From contig OZ219754.1 of assembly GCA_964291295.2 (NCBI GenBank), positions 1,472,001 to 1,536,000 of the forward strand: a stretch of 64,000 nt of DNA, written 5' to 3'. Both the position numbers and the translations under genes were made by a program. Shown here in pieces: positions 61,086-64,000 of this stretch (within the stretch, counting starts at the first letter, position 1; every line of letters starts with the position of its first letter). This stretch comes from an uncultured Candidatus Binatia bacterium (GTDB lineage: Bacteria; Desulfobacterota; Binatia; UBA9968; JAJDTQ01). Below the pieces are notes generated by a model. It did not search any database. It was not told the origin of the DNA and saw only the letters and a program-made list of their open reading frames with translations.

Positions 61086-62480
61086 ATGGACCTGAGAAGC
61101 TACGTCGAGTCCGTCAGGCGGCTTGCCCCCGAGCGTCTGCTGGAGGTCACGGACAAGCATGATATCAACCTGGAAGTGTGCGCCCTGATTGCCGACCTGG
61201 AGAAGCGCAAGCAGGAGCCGCTGGTGCTGTTCTCCAACATCGACAACCTGAGCGGCGAGCCTTCCGAGTTTCCTCTGCTCATGAACGTGTTCGCGTCCCG
61301 CGCAGCCTGCGCGGTGGCCTTGGGCCTGCCGCCCGAAAAGGCCGGCCGGGAGTTGATGATCGAGTTCCAGGCCCGTGAAGCGCGCCGGGAGAAGCCCGTC
61401 GTCGTGGACGCCGCCGGCGCGCCGGTGAAGCAGGTCCGGCTCGATCCCAACCTCCACTTCCTGCCGGTGCCGACCCATCACGTCGCCGACCTCGGCCCCT
61501 ATCTCACCACGACCTGGTGCGCCCGGGACCCGGACACCGGGGTCTACAACTCGTCGTTCCACCGCTGTTACGTGCGCGACCCGAAGCATCTGGTGATGTT
61601 CTTCGAGCGCCGGCATCTGTGGGACTACTTCGTCCGGGCGGAGGAGCGCGGCGAGGCGTTGCCGGTGGCCTGTGTCGTCGGCCACCATCCCGCCTACTAT
61701 CTCGGCAACTGCATCCTCAACGGCATCGCCGAGGACGAATACGAGAGCATCGGCGGGCTCATGGGCGAGCCCCTGCGGCTGGTGCCGTCCGAGACCTTCG
61801 GTGACGGACTGCTGGTGCCCGCAGACGCCGAGATGGTGATCGAGGGCCGGGTGCTGCCGCACCAGCGGGAGATGGAAGGACCCTTCGGGGACTTCACGGG
61901 CCTGTACGGCGCCGCCGGAGAGTCGCCGGTGGTGGAGGTGACCGCCATCACGCACCGTCGGGGCGCCTGGTGCATGGACATCCTTGCGGGGCACCGGGAC
62001 CATCGCCTCCTGGGCGCTGTGCCCAAGGAAGGCAGTATCTACCGCAAGGTGCAGGCGGTGGTGCCCACGGTGCGGTCGGTCTGCCTGCCGTTGAGCGGCA
62101 CCGGCCGGTTCCATTGCTACATCAGCATCGACAAGCGCTGCGAGGGCGAGGCCAAACTGGCGGCCATGGCGGCATTCACCGGGTCGGAACTGTTGAAGCA
62201 TGTCATCGTCGTCGACGCCGACATCGACGTGTACGACGAGGAGGAGGTGCTGTGGGCCGTCGCCACCCGGGTGGACGCCGCCACCGACATCGCCGTCATC
62301 GACCGGGTCAAGGGGAGCCGGCTGGATCCGGTGCATCCGGGCAAGGACTGGGGCTCGAAGCTGATCATCGACGCCTGCCGCAACCGGGATATCGACTTTC
62401 CGGAGCGCATCGCGGCCGCGGCGTACCGGCCAGGCAAAGGCGCGGGGAGCGGCGGGCGCCGGCAGGCGGATGATGCGTGA
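61086..62480 (+). CDS. UbiD-family prFMN-dependent (de)carboxylase
   Basis: YNSSFHR, AEMVIEG, EGPFGDFTG, VVDADIDV, WAVATR, LDP, KLIIDA. Confidence 0.92.
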   Translation: MDLRSYVESVRRLAPERLLEVTDKHDINLEVCALIADLEKRKQEPLVLFSNIDNLSGEPSEFPLLMNVFASRAACAVALGLPPEKAGRELMIEFQAREARREKPVVVDAAGAPVKQVRLDPNLHFLPVPTHHVADLGPYLTTTWCARDPDTGVYNSSFHRCYVRDPKHLVMFFERRHLWDYFVRAEERGEALPVACVVGHHPAYYLGNCILNGIAEDEYESIGGLMGEPLRLVPSETFGDGLLVPADAEMVIEGRVLPHQREMEGPFGDFTGLYGAAGESPVVEVTAITHRRGAWCMDILAGHRDHRLLGAVPKEGSIYRKVQAVVPTVRSVCLPLSGTGRFHCYISIDKRCEGEAKLAAMAAFTGSELLKHVIVVDADIDVYDEEEVLWAVATRVDAATDIAVIDRVKGSRLDPVHPGKDWGSKLIIDACRNRDIDFPERIAAAAYRPGKGAGSGGRRQADDA

Positions 62481-62904
62481 GGCGGACGAACCGCGGATCG
62501 AGGTGGTACAGGTCTCCTGTACCAGGGGCGAAGGCGATTGGCGCATGGTCTGGCGCGTCGCCAACTGGACCGGCTCCGAGATGCGTCTGCGGGACGCGAG
62601 GTTCCCCCACGGGCGGTTCCGCAGCCGCCTGATGGAGTTGACGGACGTTCGCATCGCGCCGGGCGGGGCCGCGGAGCTGGAAGCGCGGGTGGTCTGCAAT
62701 GGCGGGGGCGGCGATGTGGAGAACGCCTTCCTGATCACCACGGTCGAATGGCGGAACGTCCGTTGGCGGCTCCTGGCGCGCATGACCGTGCGCTTCGCGG
62801 CCGACGGGTCACCCGCCGCGGCGACCGAACGGGTGACGGTTCAGCGGGTGGGGTTTGCCGGCCCCGGGTATCGAGAGAATGCGGCAAGTGTCCAGCGGGC
62901 ATGA
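62470..62904 (+). CDS. Hypothetical beta-rich protein
   Basis: Overlaps UbiD stop; typical codon bias. Confidence 0.6.
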   Translation: MMREADEPRIEVVQVSCTRGEGDWRMVWRVANWTGSEMRLRDARFPHGRFRSRLMELTDVRIAPGGAAELEARVVCNGGGGDVENAFLITTVEWRNVRWRLLARMTVRFAADGSPAAATERVTVQRVGFAGPGYRENAASVQRA

Positions 62905-63003
62905 CCCTCGGGCGGGCGCAAACCGAGGTACCAACACCGAGGCACAAACCGGATGCGGCTCGGGACCGCGTCGTGACGGCGTCGTGAATGTTGCGAGGAA
63001 AGC

Positions 63004-63219
63004 ATGACCGAACGGGAAAAGTATATCTGGAAGCGCATGGGCGGCTGATACGAGAATTGAGGCCTCGGCTTCGAAGAGACCGCGGGTATGGTCTCCAACA
63101 CTCTCGACATGGAACTCGACGACCTCGTCGCGACGTTGAAATGCGTGCGCGAAACCTGCGGCGAGGATCCCGAGTACCTGAAGCTGCGCGCACGGCTGCC
63201 GGACGACTGGCCGATCTAG
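63004..63219 (+). CDS. Putative 71-aa selenoprotein with two in-frame UGA (UxxxU)
   Basis: GAGG RBS plus ATG; MTEREKYIWKRMGG-U-YEN-U-GLGFEETAGMVSNTLDMELDDLVATLKCVRETCGEDPEYLKLRARLPDDWPI; hairpin GAGACC-N8-GGTCTC at 63076-63095. Confidence 0.6.
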
Positions 63220-63374
63220 TGGTGTGTCTCATGAATGGCCTTGCAGTCTGCGATCTTGCGCAGGATGGAGTGGACGGATGTGTTCCAGGCGAAAGGTTGG
63301 GAATTGGCATTGTGGCAAGCCAGGGAGTGCTTGATGGCGGCAATCCGTTCCGGGACGCTGCGAAGGACGCCGGG
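63216..63374 (-). mobile_element. IS630-family transposase 3' remnant ending at a CTAG site
   Basis: Minus strand reads GVLRSVPERIAAIKHSLACHNANSQPFAWNTSVHSILRKIADCKAIHETHH*, resembling IS630 C-termini; ends in TAG. Confidence 0.7.
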
Positions 63375-63385
63375 GAACCTGCCCG

Positions 63386-64000
63386 GTGAGCCTTCCGACT
63401 ACGCCCCACGATGCGCTGTTCCGGGTACTGGTCTCCGAGCCGGCCCGCGCCGCCGCGCTGCTGGCGCAATACCTGCCGCAAGAAGTCGCCGTTCTCCTCG
63501 ACCCCGAGGCCCCGCCCGAGGCGGTGGAGGGCCACTTCGTGGACGAGGACGCCGCGCGGACCCAATGCGATGCGCTGTTCCGGGTGAGACTGAGGAGCGG
63601 CCACGATGCGCGGCTCTATGTACTGCTCGAACACAAGAGCCGCGTCGACGCGGACACGCCGCTCCAACTCCTGAAATACATGGTCAACATCTGGCGCCGC
63701 GAGGTCGAGAATGGCGCTGGCGGGGACCGGCTGCCGGCGATCATTCCGCTGGTTTTCTACCACGGTCGGGGCCGCTGGACTGCGGCGCCCTCGGTGCCGG
63801 GGATGATCGACGCGCCCGGGGAGTTGGAGCCTTTCGTCAGGGAGTTCGCCTATGTGCTGCATGACCTTGGCGAGATTGCGCCAGGGCGGTTGTCGGTCTC
63901 GCCCGAAGTGCGGGCCGGGCTTCTGGCACTCAAGGTGGTATATGCCGAGGACATACCGACGGATCTTCTGGACCAGATGACGGGCGGGCCGGTTGCAGGG
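63386..64000 (+). CDS. Rpn/YhgA-like recombination-promoting nuclease (3' truncated by window edge)
   Basis: PHDALF, FVD, DALFRV, YVLLEHKS, QLLKYM, IIPLVFYHG. Confidence 0.88.
   Translation, partial: MSLPTTPHDALFRVLVSEPARAAALLAQYLPQEVAVLLDPEAPPEAVEGHFVDEDAARTQCDALFRVRLRSGHDARLYVLLEHKSRVDADTPLQLLKYMVNIWRREVENGAGGDRLPAIIPLVFYHGRGRWTAAPSVPGMIDAPGELEPFVREFAYVLHDLGEIAPGRLSVSPEVRAGLLALKVVYAEDIPTDLLDQMTGGPVAG

Overview
High-GC bacterial chromosomal window; the xerC-hslVU-argB-argD-argF-argG-argH-lysA-dapF-dapA-dapB order suggests a deltaproteobacterial-type lineage (inference). Core genes: metK (3' part), ahcY, hemW, 2-oxoacid:ferredoxin oxidoreductase alpha/beta, moaA, the arg/lys/dap cluster, a split-cytochrome-b Rieske/b complex with an octaheme cytochrome c and a cupredoxin-like protein, ridA, rluD and a UbiD-family gene. 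A visibly more AT-rich accessory island of about 17 kb (34.3-51.5 kb) carries two divergent operons. The leftward one is an uncharacterised four-gene membrane module: 4-TM protein, vWA-like protein, MotA/ZorA-like protein with a long tail, and a MotB/ExbD-like partner with Glu in its TM helix. The rightward one is a five-gene McrBC-type module: SF1 helicase-DUF559 nuclease, TM coiled-coil protein, TM coiled-coil McrB, DUF2357 McrC-like protein, degenerate Hsp70-like protein. Each operon has a coiled-coil gene lengthened by near-identical tandem duplications. The ORF track misses two probable UGA-recoded genes: a deiodinase-like selenoprotein (FGSIT-U-PPF, with an fdhF-like SECIS 11 nt downstream) and a 71-aa ORF with two in-frame UGAs (GG-U-YEN-U-G). 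The window ends with an IS630 remnant and an Rpn-family gene. No rRNA, tRNA or CRISPR array was seen. All calls come from motif recognition by eye; no searches were run.
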